This document shows, one piece after another, positions 50,927 to 63,422 of a DNA stretch of 64,000 bases. The notes beneath the pieces are model-generated. The model made no database searches, had not been told where the DNA came from, and saw only the letters and a list, made by a program, of their open reading frames with translations. The position numbers were made by a program, and so were the translations under genes. The first letter of the stretch is position 1. Each line of letters begins with the position of its first letter. The stretch comes from Nitrospirota bacterium (GTDB lineage: Bacteria > Nitrospirota > UBA9217): contig CAWJQQ010000001.1 in the NCBI GenBank assembly GCA_963845065.1, positions 1,024,001-1,088,000 of the forward strand, read 5' to 3'.

Positions 50927-52465
50927 TTGGCTGCTAATTCACTTATGATACAGGGCACTGGCTCCGGTGTGGGCAAGAGCATCATCGTGGCGGGCCTCTG
51001 CAGGATATTTCGGAACGAGGGAGTCAACGTCGCACCGTTCAAAGCGCAGAATATGGCCTTGAACTCCTTCATTACGCGGGAAGGTGGCGAGATTGGCCGT
51101 GCCCAGGCATATCAGGCGGAAGCAGCGCGAGTCGAGCCGTCAGTTGACATGAATCCCGTTCTCTTGAAGGCGACGGGCGAGGCGGGGTGCCAGGTAATCC
51201 TGAACGGCAAAGTCCACGCAAACATGGGAGCACAGGAATACTACGCATTCAAGCAGCATGCGTGGGAAGCCATCACACAAGCATATGGTCGATTATCGAA
51301 GCGGCACGACCTTATTATCATTGAGGGGGCGGGAAGCCCCGCAGAGATCAATCTCAGTAACGACGAGGTCGTTAACATGAGCGTAGCCCGGTATGTTAAG
51401 GCTCCGGTCATTCTCGTCGGTGATATCGATAAAGGCGGTGTATTTGCGTCCTTATACGGGACTATCGCTCTTCTCGATGGAGATGCTGATTATATCAAGG
51501 CATACATCATTAATAAATTCAGGGGCGACCTCGCGATACTACAGCCGGGGCTTGAAATGATACGTGAGAAAACAAACAGGCCGGTCCTTGGAGTGATTCC
51601 ATATCGCGGCGATCTCGGACTGCACGAAGAAGACGGAATCCCGCTAGAACGGCTGCGGTGGTCAGACCATGGGACTCTTCTTGGGCCGAAGTTCAAGATC
51701 GTTGTCTTAAGGCTGAGATACATTTCGAACTTCACCGATTTCGACCCGTTCCTCTATGAGCCGGATGCTGAGATAATTTACTCATTGCGAGATGCCGATA
51801 TCGAGAATGCTGATCTTGTAATCTTGCCAGGATCAAAAAATACTATACAAGATCTGCTTTTTCTGAGGGAAGCAGGCATCGAAAGAAGTATTAAAAGGGC
51901 CGCAGCAAAGGGCATCCCGATCGCCGGTGTGTGCGGCGGATATCAAATGCTCGGGAAAAAAATCTATGATCCTCATGGTGTGGAAAGTCCCCATCGCGAA
52001 GTTGACGGTTTCGGCCTTCTCGACATAGAAACCGTTATGGACAAATCAAAGGTAACAGCCCAGGTTGAGGCGATTTGGAACGCGGTTTATGGAAAGCGGA
52101 TCGCTGAATGGGATAGCAGTAAGGTCCTGCAAGGATATGAGATTCATATGGGTAAGACAACCGGCGATGTAGGATTATTCTCAGTAAAGAGAAACTCTTC
52201 GCATTCCTTCCCCATATCGCTGAACTCTGAACCAATTCATGACGGTTCTGCCAAGGGAAACGTTTGGGGGACCTATATTCATGGAATTTTCGATAACGAC
52301 CTTTTCAGACGTGGTCTCATCAATTTGCTCAGAACAAATCGTGGATTAGCACCGTCGCATGAAGTAATTAATTTTGAAAAAGCGCGTGACTATGCTCTTG
52401 ACCAATGGACGAACCTCTTGCGAAACAGTATCGATATGCGATTTATCAAAGATCTTGTCTCATGA
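50927..52465 (+). CDS. cobQ: Cobyric acid synthase
   Basis: PFKAQNMALNS, EGAGSPAEIN, ISNFTD, GVCGGYQMLG, GTYIHG. Confidence 0.96.
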   Translation: MAANSLMIQGTGSGVGKSIIVAGLCRIFRNEGVNVAPFKAQNMALNSFITREGGEIGRAQAYQAEAARVEPSVDMNPVLLKATGEAGCQVILNGKVHANMGAQEYYAFKQHAWEAITQAYGRLSKRHDLIIIEGAGSPAEINLSNDEVVNMSVARYVKAPVILVGDIDKGGVFASLYGTIALLDGDADYIKAYIINKFRGDLAILQPGLEMIREKTNRPVLGVIPYRGDLGLHEEDGIPLERLRWSDHGTLLGPKFKIVVLRLRYISNFTDFDPFLYEPDAEIIYSLRDADIENADLVILPGSKNTIQDLLFLREAGIERSIKRAAAKGIPIAGVCGGYQMLGKKIYDPHGVESPHREVDGFGLLDIETVMDKSKVTAQVEAIWNAVYGKRIAEWDSSKVLQGYEIHMGKTTGDVGLFSVKRNSSHSFPISLNSEPIHDGSAKGNVWGTYIHGIFDNDLFRRGLINLLRTNRGLAPSHEVINFEKARDYALDQWTNLLRNSIDMRFIKDLVS

Positions 52466-52514
52466 AGGAGGTAATGGATATATTAAATAATCAGGAAATC
52501 AAGCAGTGATATAC

Positions 52515-52700
52515 CTGGGTACGAAGAATAAAAGGGAATGACGAAGCGGAAGGGGGTGCGAATCCCCAGCTGTCGCGCAACTGTGATGGAAACGAAAGCT
52601 GCAAATACCACTGGATGATCGTGCAGACTGTTTGAACGTTATAGACGGGATTCCGGGAAGGCAGGCGAGTAGGCAGTCCTAAGCCAGGAGACCTCTCATT
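52515..52700 (+). ncRNA. Cobalamin riboswitch
   Basis: AAAGGGAA..GGTGCGAATCC..GCAACTGTGA..CCACTG..CCGGGAAGGC..AAGCCAGGAGACCT. Confidence 0.85.
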
Positions 52701-52729
52701 CCCAAAACCTCGAATGAAGGAGAATTGAT

Positions 52730-54589
52730 ATGATCAAGAAGATTGTTACAGGTGCGGCAATGTCGCTGGCTGCACTGTTGATCTACGGTATATCAACTGC
52801 CATAGCCGACGTACAAATGAACGAAGTCGTAGTTACGGCTACAAAGACGGAACAAAAGCCGCAGGATTTGACGCAGTCCGTTACAGTGATCACGGCTGAC
52901 GACATTAGAAAATCAGGCGCAACTAACGTGGGCGACGTCATCAGCACGACTGCTGGGGCGACGGTGACCGATTATGGGCCGCTCGGAGCACTTCAATCCC
53001 TTGAACTCCGTGGCTCTACGTATCAGCAGGTCCTGGTGCTTCTGGACGGAATGCGTTTGAATTCAGGAAGTGCTGGAGGGTACGATCTGTCCGAACTTCC
53101 AGTCCCTCTCGATTCAATCGAGCGGATAGAGATCGTCCGTGGTCCGGCCTCTGCGCTGTACGGCTCCGATGCAATGGGAGGCGTCGTGAACATCATTACG
53201 AAAAAGCCCGCAAAGCAGGCCACTACAATCAGTGGCGCTCACGGAGCCGACGGATATTCTTTAGCATCGCTCTATAATTCCGGAAAAGGCGGGAACACAT
53301 ATTATTCACTATCCTACAGCAACGAACACTCTAACGGATTCCACCATTTGAATAATAATGATAACCAGTACAATGCTGGTATTAAGCTAGGTTACGATTT
53401 CGATGCAACATCGTCGATTGAGGCTTCGGCTGATTTTCTAACAAAAGATATTGGCGTGCCCGGTTCAGACCAGCTTCTATCACCACTTGCCCGTCAAGTC
53501 AACCGCGTACTCGTTACGGGCGTACAATATAAAGATCGGCTGTCCAAAACATTCGATTTCAACGCACGAGTCTATCAAACTGAAGAACATCTCGGTTATT
53601 CAGATCCTGATACTGCTACGAACGATTTCAGCACAGACCGGAGCACGACTTCTGGAGTTGAAGCGCAAGTGAACTGGCTTATGGGTTCATTCTCTGTGCT
53701 GACAATCGGAGCGGAAGGGCGAAATGACAACCTATTAGACAGCTCTGCAGGCACTCATGATGCATCACTAACAGCAGAATATATCCAGGATGAGATCAAC
53801 CTTGGCGACTCATTCATTCTTATTTTGGGTGACCGGTACGATAAACATTCCGCGTATGGAGACAAATGGAGCCCCAAGGCAAGTGCTCGATATCTCAATG
53901 CCGGAAGTGGCACTATTATCAGAGCATCGATTGGAAACAGTTTTAGAGCTCCTACCTTAAATGATCTCTATTTCATCGACGAATTCGGTGATCATGGGAA
54001 CCCTAATCTCCGGCCCGAATCCGCTGTGGAATATGAGGGAGGGATTGAACAACCATTAGGAGCCGGGAACTCGATTAAATTTACTGCATTCAATCGCAGG
54101 GTAAGTGATCTCATCACATGGGAGCCAATCAGCCCAGGTTCTTTTACATATACGCCGACGAACATCGGAAGGGCGCGAATCAGCGGGACGGAAACTGAAC
54201 TGCATTTTGTTGTTTCTCAAATACTGTCAGGAAATATTAATTATACGCTTACGTTTCCCGTCGACGAAACTACCAATGATAGAATTTTCTCTGACGCCTC
54301 CCACATTCCCGCCCAGCGACTCGGGGGCACTTTATGGTTAGCTCTGGACTCGAAGACCTCACTCTCTCTCAGTGGACAGAGCGTGAGAAACTACGTTGAA
54401 CCGGGTACTCCGAAATGGGATTATTATGCCCTGGATGGGAAAATAACCGATTCAGTTGTTTCACAAAAAAATATAAAGATCCAGGTATATATTGGTCTTA
54501 AAAACATATTCAATCGTCAATATGAAACCGTGCAGGGCTACCCCATGCCGCCACAAGAATTTTACGGAGGGATTACGGCTTCGTTCTAA
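52730..54589 (+). CDS. btuB: TonB-dependent cobalamin receptor
   Basis: TonB box EVVVTAT, IERIEIVRGPASALYG, C-terminal Phe; downstream of a B12 riboswitch. Confidence 0.88.
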   Translation: MIKKIVTGAAMSLAALLIYGISTAIADVQMNEVVVTATKTEQKPQDLTQSVTVITADDIRKSGATNVGDVISTTAGATVTDYGPLGALQSLELRGSTYQQVLVLLDGMRLNSGSAGGYDLSELPVPLDSIERIEIVRGPASALYGSDAMGGVVNIITKKPAKQATTISGAHGADGYSLASLYNSGKGGNTYYSLSYSNEHSNGFHHLNNNDNQYNAGIKLGYDFDATSSIEASADFLTKDIGVPGSDQLLSPLARQVNRVLVTGVQYKDRLSKTFDFNARVYQTEEHLGYSDPDTATNDFSTDRSTTSGVEAQVNWLMGSFSVLTIGAEGRNDNLLDSSAGTHDASLTAEYIQDEINLGDSFILILGDRYDKHSAYGDKWSPKASARYLNAGSGTIIRASIGNSFRAPTLNDLYFIDEFGDHGNPNLRPESAVEYEGGIEQPLGAGNSIKFTAFNRRVSDLITWEPISPGSFTYTPTNIGRARISGTETELHFVVSQILSGNINYTLTFPVDETTNDRIFSDASHIPAQRLGGTLWLALDSKTSLSLSGQSVRNYVEPGTPKWDYYALDGKITDSVVSQKNIKIQVYIGLKNIFNRQYETVQGYPMPPQEFYGGITASF

Positions 54590-54712
54590 GCTGCAGAATA
54601 AACCATTCGCAGACGGTGGGAGAGGGTGGATCGATGGGTGTATGATATTATGATGATTCAACCAATAACTGTTTCAGGTAACCCAGATTAGTCTCTTTTG
54701 TATTATTTATCT

Positions 54713-55408
54713 ATGACGATACGACAAGCATTTTATATCTCTATCGCCGCGCACATTATGGTTTTTGGAAGCGCGTTTGCAGTCGCTCTATACGGGAGAG
54801 GACTGTTCATGGCATCTGGCGACACGATAATGGTCGCTTTGGTTTCTCCAGGGCCAATCTCCGGCAACGGGACGGGAGCCGTTTCCAGTCACAAACTTGC
54901 CTCGACACCGATAACGAATCAAGTTGACGAACTGATGAACGAGAAGCCAATTAAGCCGAGAACGAACCAAGTTGACGCAGCGAAGAACGAGAAGGTTACT
55001 GATGTGCACGCGGAACAAGAAATGACATCAATGCGGCTATCTGGCCAGACAGCAAATAACGCAGATTTCGGTATAGATGCATCTGGATTATCTCCAACAA
55101 CCTTAGGCGGCGGAAATAGCATATCAGCACAATTCGGGGGCATATCACCGGAGGAATGGGCAAACCTTGCAGCAGCCATAGAGCGGACGAAAAACTATCC
55201 ACGCCTGGCGAGAGAACGCGGCATTGAAGGTGTGGTACGAGTGCGGTTCAGGCTAACTTCTTCAGGTACTGTTGAGAAGATTGAGATCGTCAAAAGTTCA
55301 GGATCCGAAATTCTGGACAACGCATCGATCAGTACAGTGTATCGCGCAGCGCCCATGCCCCATGTAAGCGGGTGGGTAGAAATGCCGATGAAATACGTTT
55401 TAAAGTGA
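54713..55408 (+). CDS. tonB: TonB family energy transducer
   Basis: N-terminal TM; YPRLARERGIEGVV...SSGSEILD. Confidence 0.88.
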   Translation: MTIRQAFYISIAAHIMVFGSAFAVALYGRGLFMASGDTIMVALVSPGPISGNGTGAVSSHKLASTPITNQVDELMNEKPIKPRTNQVDAAKNEKVTDVHAEQEMTSMRLSGQTANNADFGIDASGLSPTTLGGGNSISAQFGGISPEEWANLAAAIERTKNYPRLARERGIEGVVRVRFRLTSSGTVEKIEIVKSSGSEILDNASISTVYRAAPMPHVSGWVEMPMKYVLK

Positions 55409-55438
55409 TGATAAAGATCTTTGATTACGGTGAACGGC

Positions 55439-55633
55439 ATGAATGTCAAAACAGTAAAATGCTTGATCTGCAAAAAAGAAACGATATGGGATGACAACCC
55501 TTTCAGGCCATTTTGCTCCGAGCGCTGCAGACAGCTTGACCTGGGGAAATGGATTTTAGAGGACTACCGAATTCCCGGCGAGAAAAAGGATGTTCCTGAT
55601 AGCGGTGGTGAAGAAAAAAATAAATCAGAATAG
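55439..55633 (+). CDS. yacG: DNA gyrase inhibitor YacG
   Basis: CLIC...RPFCSERCRQLDLGKW. Confidence 0.9.
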   Translation: MNVKTVKCLICKKETIWDDNPFRPFCSERCRQLDLGKWILEDYRIPGEKKDVPDSGGEEKNKSE

Positions 55634-55806
55634 TAGATAATTTTTTTAAAATATATTACAATGATTAAGGTATGCTGATAACAAGCAAAGTCCCTTTGAT
55701 TTGGGTAACGTAACGTTGATTTTGCTTTGCATAGAAGTTATCCGTACGATAACGGGGATTGAGATATTATGAAACGGGCGTAGTTGCGGATGGGAGGCAG
55801 CGTAGA

Positions 55807-57168
55807 ATGGACATCCGGTGTGGAAAATGTAACAAGCTCTTCCGTGTCGCTGATGAAAAAATCACGGGCAGGGGTATCAAATTCTCCTGCACACAGTGCG
55901 GCGATACCGTAAAAATCACCAGAGAAGACTTAAATACCTATACGTTATCAAAAACGGCCGTTACTGTACTTGACATGTTCGAGCCGAAACCTAAACTAGA
56001 TGCTTCTTCAATTTTAGAACCGACCAACGCAAAATCAACAAAAAAGACATCGGGCAGTGATGCCGTAGATACCCATGCGCCTCTTCCCGCGCCGCAGGAT
56101 TTAGGTCAATCGTCTTCCTCCATCCCTGATTTTTTACAGGAAAGAGAAGCACACGGATTTTCAGAGCCTAACCCATTTGAAGATCTACCCATCGGGGATG
56201 CGCCACAACCAGAACAGAAATCGCTGAATGAAATCGGGCTAGCTATTACAATTCCAGTTGGGCTGGGGTCGGAGCAGGAAACCGGTGCACCGATTGAGTC
56301 AGAGGAGAAGAAAGAACCGGAGTACCACCCGGAACCAGCTATAGAACCGAAACCTCAGCAGACAATTCCATCAGAGCCTGAGCAAATACAAGATGAGGAG
56401 CACAAGATTACATCTGCTATTGATCTTGTACCCTTCCAGAAACCAAATCCGAAGTCAGAACCTAAATCAGAAGAAACGGTGACACAACTTCATGAGCCCG
56501 AGGCGAGGTCAGCCATTCAATCTAAGTCAGCTCCAACACCTACTGAGGTCTCACCTGCAATGCTAAAAGAGGAAGCTGTGGGTACGGTGATGGAACAAAT
56601 CGGTCATGAAACTTTCCAAACAAAACCCTCCCATACAGGCAGGATGGTGCTTATTCTAATGGCCGCCATCATTTTGCTCGGAGTTGTAGGGTATGGTGTA
56701 TATAAGTTCATGTTGCCTTCCATACAGAATGCAGGCCAGCCTGCGACAGAAATGACTTCAATCGACGGGTTAAGTATCGTCAACCCTTCGGGTTCGGTAG
56801 AACCAAATGGCGATCTGCTGATTACCGGCTCAGTTGAGAATTTAACGGACAAAGATCGATCCGCCTGGTATGTCATCGTCGACGTATATGATGCTAAGGG
56901 TAATGTATTGAATAAAATCAGGTTGTTGAACGGAAAACAAATATACTCTCGTGCAGACTACGATGTTTTATCAAAACGAGGTGTAAATGTTGCGGAGCTT
57001 AAAGCTAAAATTCTTCAAAGTCAAGGCGTCGTCATACCAGCGAAGGGGAGCGTTTCTTTCGAAATGCGCTATATACAGCCTCCTATTGGCATAGCAAGCT
57101 TCAATGCTGTGTTGCAGCCTTTTGATCCTATTCGTCTGTTTAAGGAAATTGCAAAAGAAACAAAGTAG
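55807..57168 (+). CDS. Zinc-ribbon / DUF3426-like membrane protein
   Basis: CGKC...CTQC, Pro/Glu-rich linker, single TM, C-terminal beta domain. Confidence 0.78.
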   Translation: MDIRCGKCNKLFRVADEKITGRGIKFSCTQCGDTVKITREDLNTYTLSKTAVTVLDMFEPKPKLDASSILEPTNAKSTKKTSGSDAVDTHAPLPAPQDLGQSSSSIPDFLQEREAHGFSEPNPFEDLPIGDAPQPEQKSLNEIGLAITIPVGLGSEQETGAPIESEEKKEPEYHPEPAIEPKPQQTIPSEPEQIQDEEHKITSAIDLVPFQKPNPKSEPKSEETVTQLHEPEARSAIQSKSAPTPTEVSPAMLKEEAVGTVMEQIGHETFQTKPSHTGRMVLILMAAIILLGVVGYGVYKFMLPSIQNAGQPATEMTSIDGLSIVNPSGSVEPNGDLLITGSVENLTDKDRSAWYVIVDVYDAKGNVLNKIRLLNGKQIYSRADYDVLSKRGVNVAELKAKILQSQGVVIPAKGSVSFEMRYIQPPIGIASFNAVLQPFDPIRLFKEIAKETK

Positions 57169-57772
57169 CCAACCATGAAGTCCTCACTATTCTGACAATT
57201 TATCCGGACCGACGCCAACCTCAATTTTGTCCATCACTCTATGTGAATTTCATCTGAAAAAATGGCGTGCCATCCCAATGCTTAAGACCGTTCTAGCCTA
57301 TAACCCGTTTGTATTAATGAACGGTTTCATTATCGTAAACGCATACCTCATTGATCTGTTTTTCGGTACCCCTATTGGTTGTCGCACCCATGCGTGCAAT
57401 CGGCCTGCTTATACAAGGATTCGAGTCAGTTCTCAGACGGAGCGCCAGGACGATACGTATCGCAAAGATTGCCGGAGTTGTGCTGGTTCTACTGATTGTA
57501 TCCTTGTTTATTTCATCTCCCAAGGCGTCATCCTTATCACCTATCATATCTCGCTATAATCTAAACTTTATTGTTTCTGTGCTGATTGCATATACAACGT
57601 TGGATGCAAAGGCTCTGGCTGATGCAGCGCGAACGGTGTGTAGGAAGTTCGATGAAGATGATATCTCTTCAGCGCGTTATGCGTTCCGAATTTTTTGCAA
57701 GTCCGCAAGCCCCTGGCTTTGGACATGGGGACAGGAGTTGCATTATACAGCTTTATGTTGTATAATAGCCTT

Positions 57773-58174
57773 GTGGTTGATAAAATATATAAGTCCAATA
57801 ACAATGTGGTTTACAGCTGTAAATACCATGTCGTATGGTGTCCTAAATACCGGAAAAACGTTTTAACGGGGGGTATTGTTGGGCGGTTGAAGGCAATTAT
57901 ACGGGATGTGGCTTCTAAGAGAATGGCAGAGATCATCGAGATGGAGATACTGCCGGATCATGTGCATCTACTCGTAGAAGTTGGTCCACAGTACGGCATT
58001 CATCGATTGATCAAACAGATAAAGGGCAGGAGTTCAAAGCTTCTTCGCTCTGAGTTCAAGGTTCTTCGTACTCGGATCCCTACATTGTGGACCAATAGCT
58101 ATTTTGTTTCTACCGTTGGCGGTGCGCCATTAGCTGTTATCAAACAATACATTGAAAACCAGAAGGAGGTTTAA
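57773..58174 (+). CDS. tnpA: IS200-like Y1 transposase
   Basis: YHVVWCPKYR, DHVHL (HUH), LWTNSYF, YIENQ. Confidence 0.94.
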   Translation: MVDKIYKSNNNVVYSCKYHVVWCPKYRKNVLTGGIVGRLKAIIRDVASKRMAEIIEMEILPDHVHLLVEVGPQYGIHRLIKQIKGRSSKLLRSEFKVLRTRIPTLWTNSYFVSTVGGAPLAVIKQYIENQKEV

Positions 58175-58176
58175 TC

Positions 58177-59697
58177 ATGGCAAAGAACGCAACAACAGCA
58201 TCATTTATCCATGAATTGCCTCTTCTGGCCAGCATATTCCAGGAGAAGGTGCTGCTTACACGCATGGACATGGCCCGACAGCTTTATAATGCCTGCCTTA
58301 GCGAATCACTTCGGAGATTGGATCTAATGCGGGAATCCAGACAATATCAAGGTGCCCGTGCTATCCCCTATAAAGACAAGACAAAGCGTTCGGAATCGTT
58401 TAAAGCAGTAAATGAGAAATTCGGTTTCTCCGCATTCAGCCTTCACAAGTTCTCTGTTGACACTAAGAATGCCTGCCACATAGGAGAACATCTGGATGTC
58501 CATACGGTCCAAAAGATCGCTTCCCGGGCGTTTGATGCTGTCCAGAAATATGCTTTCAGGAAAAGAGGCAGGCCAAGGTTCAAAGGCAAACACCAACGTG
58601 TAAGCGTAGAGTCCAAAAGTAACGCTGCAGGTATCCGGTTTAGGACAGACGGAAAACAAAGCCGTATAGAGTGGAGCGGATTGAAACTTCTCTGTATATT
58701 CGACAAGAAGGACAAGCACGGTGTTCAGGCCCATGCCCTTTCCTGCCGCACGAAGTACGTGAGACTGGTCTGTAGGCGGATGCGCGGCAAGAACTACTTC
58801 TATGCCCAGCTGGTACAAGAAGGGCAGCCGAAGCATAAGATCAAAAACAAAATATCCAAAGGCAAAGTTGGCATGGACATCGGGCCGTCAACCTACGCGC
58901 TTTGCAACTCAGACCATGCCGATCTCCAACAGTTCTGCAAAGAACTTGGTCCGATAGAGAAGGCAATCAAGCTTTTGCAACGGATGCTCGATAGGTCACG
59001 AAGGACATCAAATCCAGGGAATTACAATGCTAACGGAACGGTAAGAAAAGGCGCAAAAGCCTGGGTCAAGTCTAAGAACTATCAGGCTGTCAAAACCGTA
59101 TTATCCGAACTTTATCGGAGGCAGGCGGCACACAGGAAGTCGCTACATGGTAAACTCGCCAATGAGGTTTTGGCACTAGGAAACAACGTCAATCTGGAAA
59201 CACTGAGCTACAAATCATTACAGCGTAATTTTGGTAAAAGTATAGGTTTAAGAGCTCCGGGAATGTTCGTTACGATGCTTACTCGCAAGGCTGAGAGTGC
59301 CGGCGGTAACGTGAACGAACTGCCTACTCAAAAACTCAAGCTTTCACAGACCTGCCACTGCGGGGAAGTAAAGAAGAAGCATCTCTCGCAGCGGCAGCAT
59401 GTTTGTGAATGCGGAGTAGCGGCCCAAAGGGACCTCTATTCAGCATGCCTTGCATATCATGTTAAAGATGGAGTTCTCGATACAGCCGGGGCAGCAACGT
59501 CCTGGCCGGGTGCGGAACCGCTCCTTAAACAGGCGGTATCGAGATTGTTTCAACAATCTGCGATTGCGAGGAGTGCTTTTCCTCAAAGCTTCGGCCTTAA
59601 ACAAAGAATTCGTTTAGACCAGAGACAGAGCGGATCGTCTGTGAAAGAAAGCCATACCAAAATCAATGTCCGGGAAGTTGTAACTGCGGGCAGTTAA
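58177..59697 (+). CDS. tnpB: TnpB RNA-guided endonuclease
   Basis: GMDIG, NLETL, CHCG...CECG, QRDLYSA. Confidence 0.93.
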   Translation: MAKNATTASFIHELPLLASIFQEKVLLTRMDMARQLYNACLSESLRRLDLMRESRQYQGARAIPYKDKTKRSESFKAVNEKFGFSAFSLHKFSVDTKNACHIGEHLDVHTVQKIASRAFDAVQKYAFRKRGRPRFKGKHQRVSVESKSNAAGIRFRTDGKQSRIEWSGLKLLCIFDKKDKHGVQAHALSCRTKYVRLVCRRMRGKNYFYAQLVQEGQPKHKIKNKISKGKVGMDIGPSTYALCNSDHADLQQFCKELGPIEKAIKLLQRMLDRSRRTSNPGNYNANGTVRKGAKAWVKSKNYQAVKTVLSELYRRQAAHRKSLHGKLANEVLALGNNVNLETLSYKSLQRNFGKSIGLRAPGMFVTMLTRKAESAGGNVNELPTQKLKLSQTCHCGEVKKKHLSQRQHVCECGVAAQRDLYSACLAYHVKDGVLDTAGAATSWPGAEPLLKQAVSRLFQQSAIARSAFPQSFGLKQRIRLDQRQSGSSVKESHTKINVREVVTAGS

Positions 59698-60291
59698 CGC
59701 TGTGAAAGGTTGTAGCGGCTGGCCCTTGCAGTCGTGAGAGCCCGGAAGAGAGAATGGATAAGGTTTTCAGAACCCCCTGGCTTCAGCCATGGGGAGGTTC
59801 AGAAAGTCAATTTTACACCGGCTAAGATTACGGCCATTCTTATCTGTCTCTCAACAGCTGCTACTCGCAGGCTTTAGCCTGAGGTCACCTCATGCATGTT
59901 TCTCTTCCGAACAAGGTCTGAGCGTCGGATAGGGAATTCTGGATTCTACAGACCTCGCGAATCATGATTCTCAATCGAAAAAAAACTATACGAGTCCGAA
60001 CTGCAGCTATCCTGAAACTGCCATGGCAGGTGGGCTGGATATACGCCTTGGTGGGCCGAGTACTTATGCAGGACAGTTAAGCTTGAAGCCCTTCATTGGA
60101 GATGTAAGTTGTCCGATCACTAAAAAACATATTGAAAAGTCTGTTCAGTTACTGTATTCTGCTACCCTATTTGTTGTGTTGATAACAGTGAGGGTATACT
60201 ATTTCTTATAACCTAAATTTTGCTTGACAAAATCTGTAGCTGTGCTATAAAAACAAAATTTTTATGGTCATAAAGGCCGGAAGGAGACTAG

Positions 60292-61449
60292 ATGAACAGC
60301 TGCAACAGGAATTACCTTTTTACCTCGGAATCGGTTACTGAGGGGCATCCAGACAAAATAGCCGACCAGATTTCTGATGCAGTCCTTGATGCCTTGTTGA
60401 AGGTGGATCCCATGAGTCGGGTAGCATGCGAGACGCTCCTGACCACCGGTCTTGCCATGGTTGCAGGTGAGATCACCACTAAGGGTTATGTGGAAATTCC
60501 CGATATCGTCCGGCAGACTATAAAAGAGATCGGATACATCCGGGCAAAATACGGGTTCGACGCGGAGACCTGTGCTGTTATTACGTCTGTTCACTCACAA
60601 TCTCCTGATATCGCAATGGGTGTGGACACTGGTGGTGCCGGGGACCAAGGCCTTATGTTCGGTTATGCCTGTGATGAGACCCCTGAACTAATGCCTATGA
60701 CGATCATGCTGGCGCACAAACTTACGCGTCAGCTTTCGGAAGTGCGAAAAAAAGAGATACTTCCCTATCTCAGACCTGATGGGAAGTCCCAGGTGACCAT
60801 TGAATATCGGGACGGGAAACCTTTCAGGCTTCATACGATCGTGGTCTCCAGCCAGCACAGTCCCGATATCGACCTCAAAGACCTGCGCAGGGACATCATA
60901 GAGAAGGTGATTTTGCCGGTTTTGCCGAAGCACCTCCTCGACGAAAAGTCCATTGTGTACCACATCAACCCCACGGGCAGGTTCGTGACCGGCGGTCCTA
61001 TGGGCGATACGGGTCTCACGGGCCGTAAGATCATAGTAGATACCTATGGCGGTGTGGGCAGCCATGGCGGCGGCTGCTTCTCTGGAAAAGATCCGACGAA
61101 AGTGGACCGTTCGGCATCGTATATGGCGCGCTATGTGGCCAAGAACATCGTGGCAGCTGGCATAGCCTCCGAGTGCGAGGTACAGCTCGCTTATGCCATC
61201 GGTGTGCCGGAACCTGTTTCCATCCATGTTGACGATTTCGGCACCGGCCAAGTCCCCTATGAGAAACTTATCCAGATCATCAGGAAAAACTTCGATATGA
61301 CGCCCAAAGGCATCATGACCACTCTGGACCTTCGTCGTCCGATCTACAAAAAAACCGCAGCATACGGCCACTTCGGCAGGACCGAGCCGGAGTTTACCTG
61401 GGAGCATACAAACAAGGCTGCAACGCTCAAGAAGGATGCAGGCCTGTAA
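60292..61449 (+). CDS. metK: S-adenosylmethionine synthetase
   Basis: [28 protein letters not shown]. Confidence 0.98.
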   Translation: MNSCNRNYLFTSESVTEGHPDKIADQISDAVLDALLKVDPMSRVACETLLTTGLAMVAGEITTKGYVEIPDIVRQTIKEIGYIRAKYGFDAETCAVITSVHSQSPDIAMGVDTGGAGDQGLMFGYACDETPELMPMTIMLAHKLTRQLSEVRKKEILPYLRPDGKSQVTIEYRDGKPFRLHTIVVSSQHSPDIDLKDLRRDIIEKVILPVLPKHLLDEKSIVYHINPTGRFVTGGPMGDTGLTGRKIIVDTYGGVGSHGGGCFSGKDPTKVDRSASYMARYVAKNIVAAGIASECEVQLAYAIGVPEPVSIHVDDFGTGQVPYEKLIQIIRKNFDMTPKGIMTTLDLRRPIYKKTAAYGHFGRTEPEFTWEHTNKAATLKKDAGL

Positions 61450-61544
61450 AGCTTAAAAAAATCCAGAGAGTTAAGAAATCGATCAGGGGAAAGAGTCAAG
61501 CCCCACCGCTTCATTCTCTAAACATAATTTTTTAAGGAGACTAG

Positions 61545-62801
<1,257 letters not shown>

Positions 62802-63422
62802 TCGCTTTCTAAATAGAGATTGCAGAATGCGGAATGTAGGATGGCGTGTGATAGCCTCCCATTCCGCATTTTTTATAGTCCACGTCATAAAAATCTTGGT
62901 CTTTTCTTAGCGAGGATAGAAGTCGCTGCTGGCGAGGTGACCAGACAAGTGTTGTATTGGTAATAGGGGAATAAATATTCATTTTCCTGATATATTAAAC
63001 AAAGTATGGCTGAGCCTGCTAAAGAATCTGATTGTAATAAAACGACCACCGTCGGTAAAGCATTAGTAATTGGCGGCAGCACCGCCTTTTTGATTGGGCT
63101 GCTTGGTTTTTCTGCAACAAAGCTCCGGAGTACCGCTTTTGGCATTTCAAAGAAATCTGGAAAACCAATAACAGGATACCCACCTATTCGGACCACGAAA
63201 GCGACATAAACAAGTGTATCCCCCTCTGGTATTGCAGGCGACATTTACAAAGCGCCCCGGAAGTACTAGAAGTGCTTTGGCAGTCGTATAAATCAATCAT
63301 TTGGTAAAGGTGCAGAGAAGGTGGGGACCCCGACGCATGGTTTCTTTCAGTAAGAAAGGTGATAATCAAGCCGAACTGCCTGGTTCCAAGTCCTGAATCC
63401 ACAATCCCGATTTCATAATTGC

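Larger units (their letters stand above)
57698..59801 (+). mobile_element. IS200/IS605 family element (tnpA + tnpB); ends approximate
   Basis: Subterminal hairpins CCCCTGGCTTTGGACATGGGG and CCCCTGGCTTCAGCCATGGGG. Confidence 0.88.
57317..60211 (+). pseudogene. cbiB: Adenosylcobinamide-phosphate synthase CbiB/CobD pseudogene interrupted by IS605
   Basis: Fragments AYLIDLFFG.P, RAIGLLIQGFESVLR, NFTPAKITA, ETAMAGGLDIRLGGPSTY in shifting frames. Confidence 0.8.
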
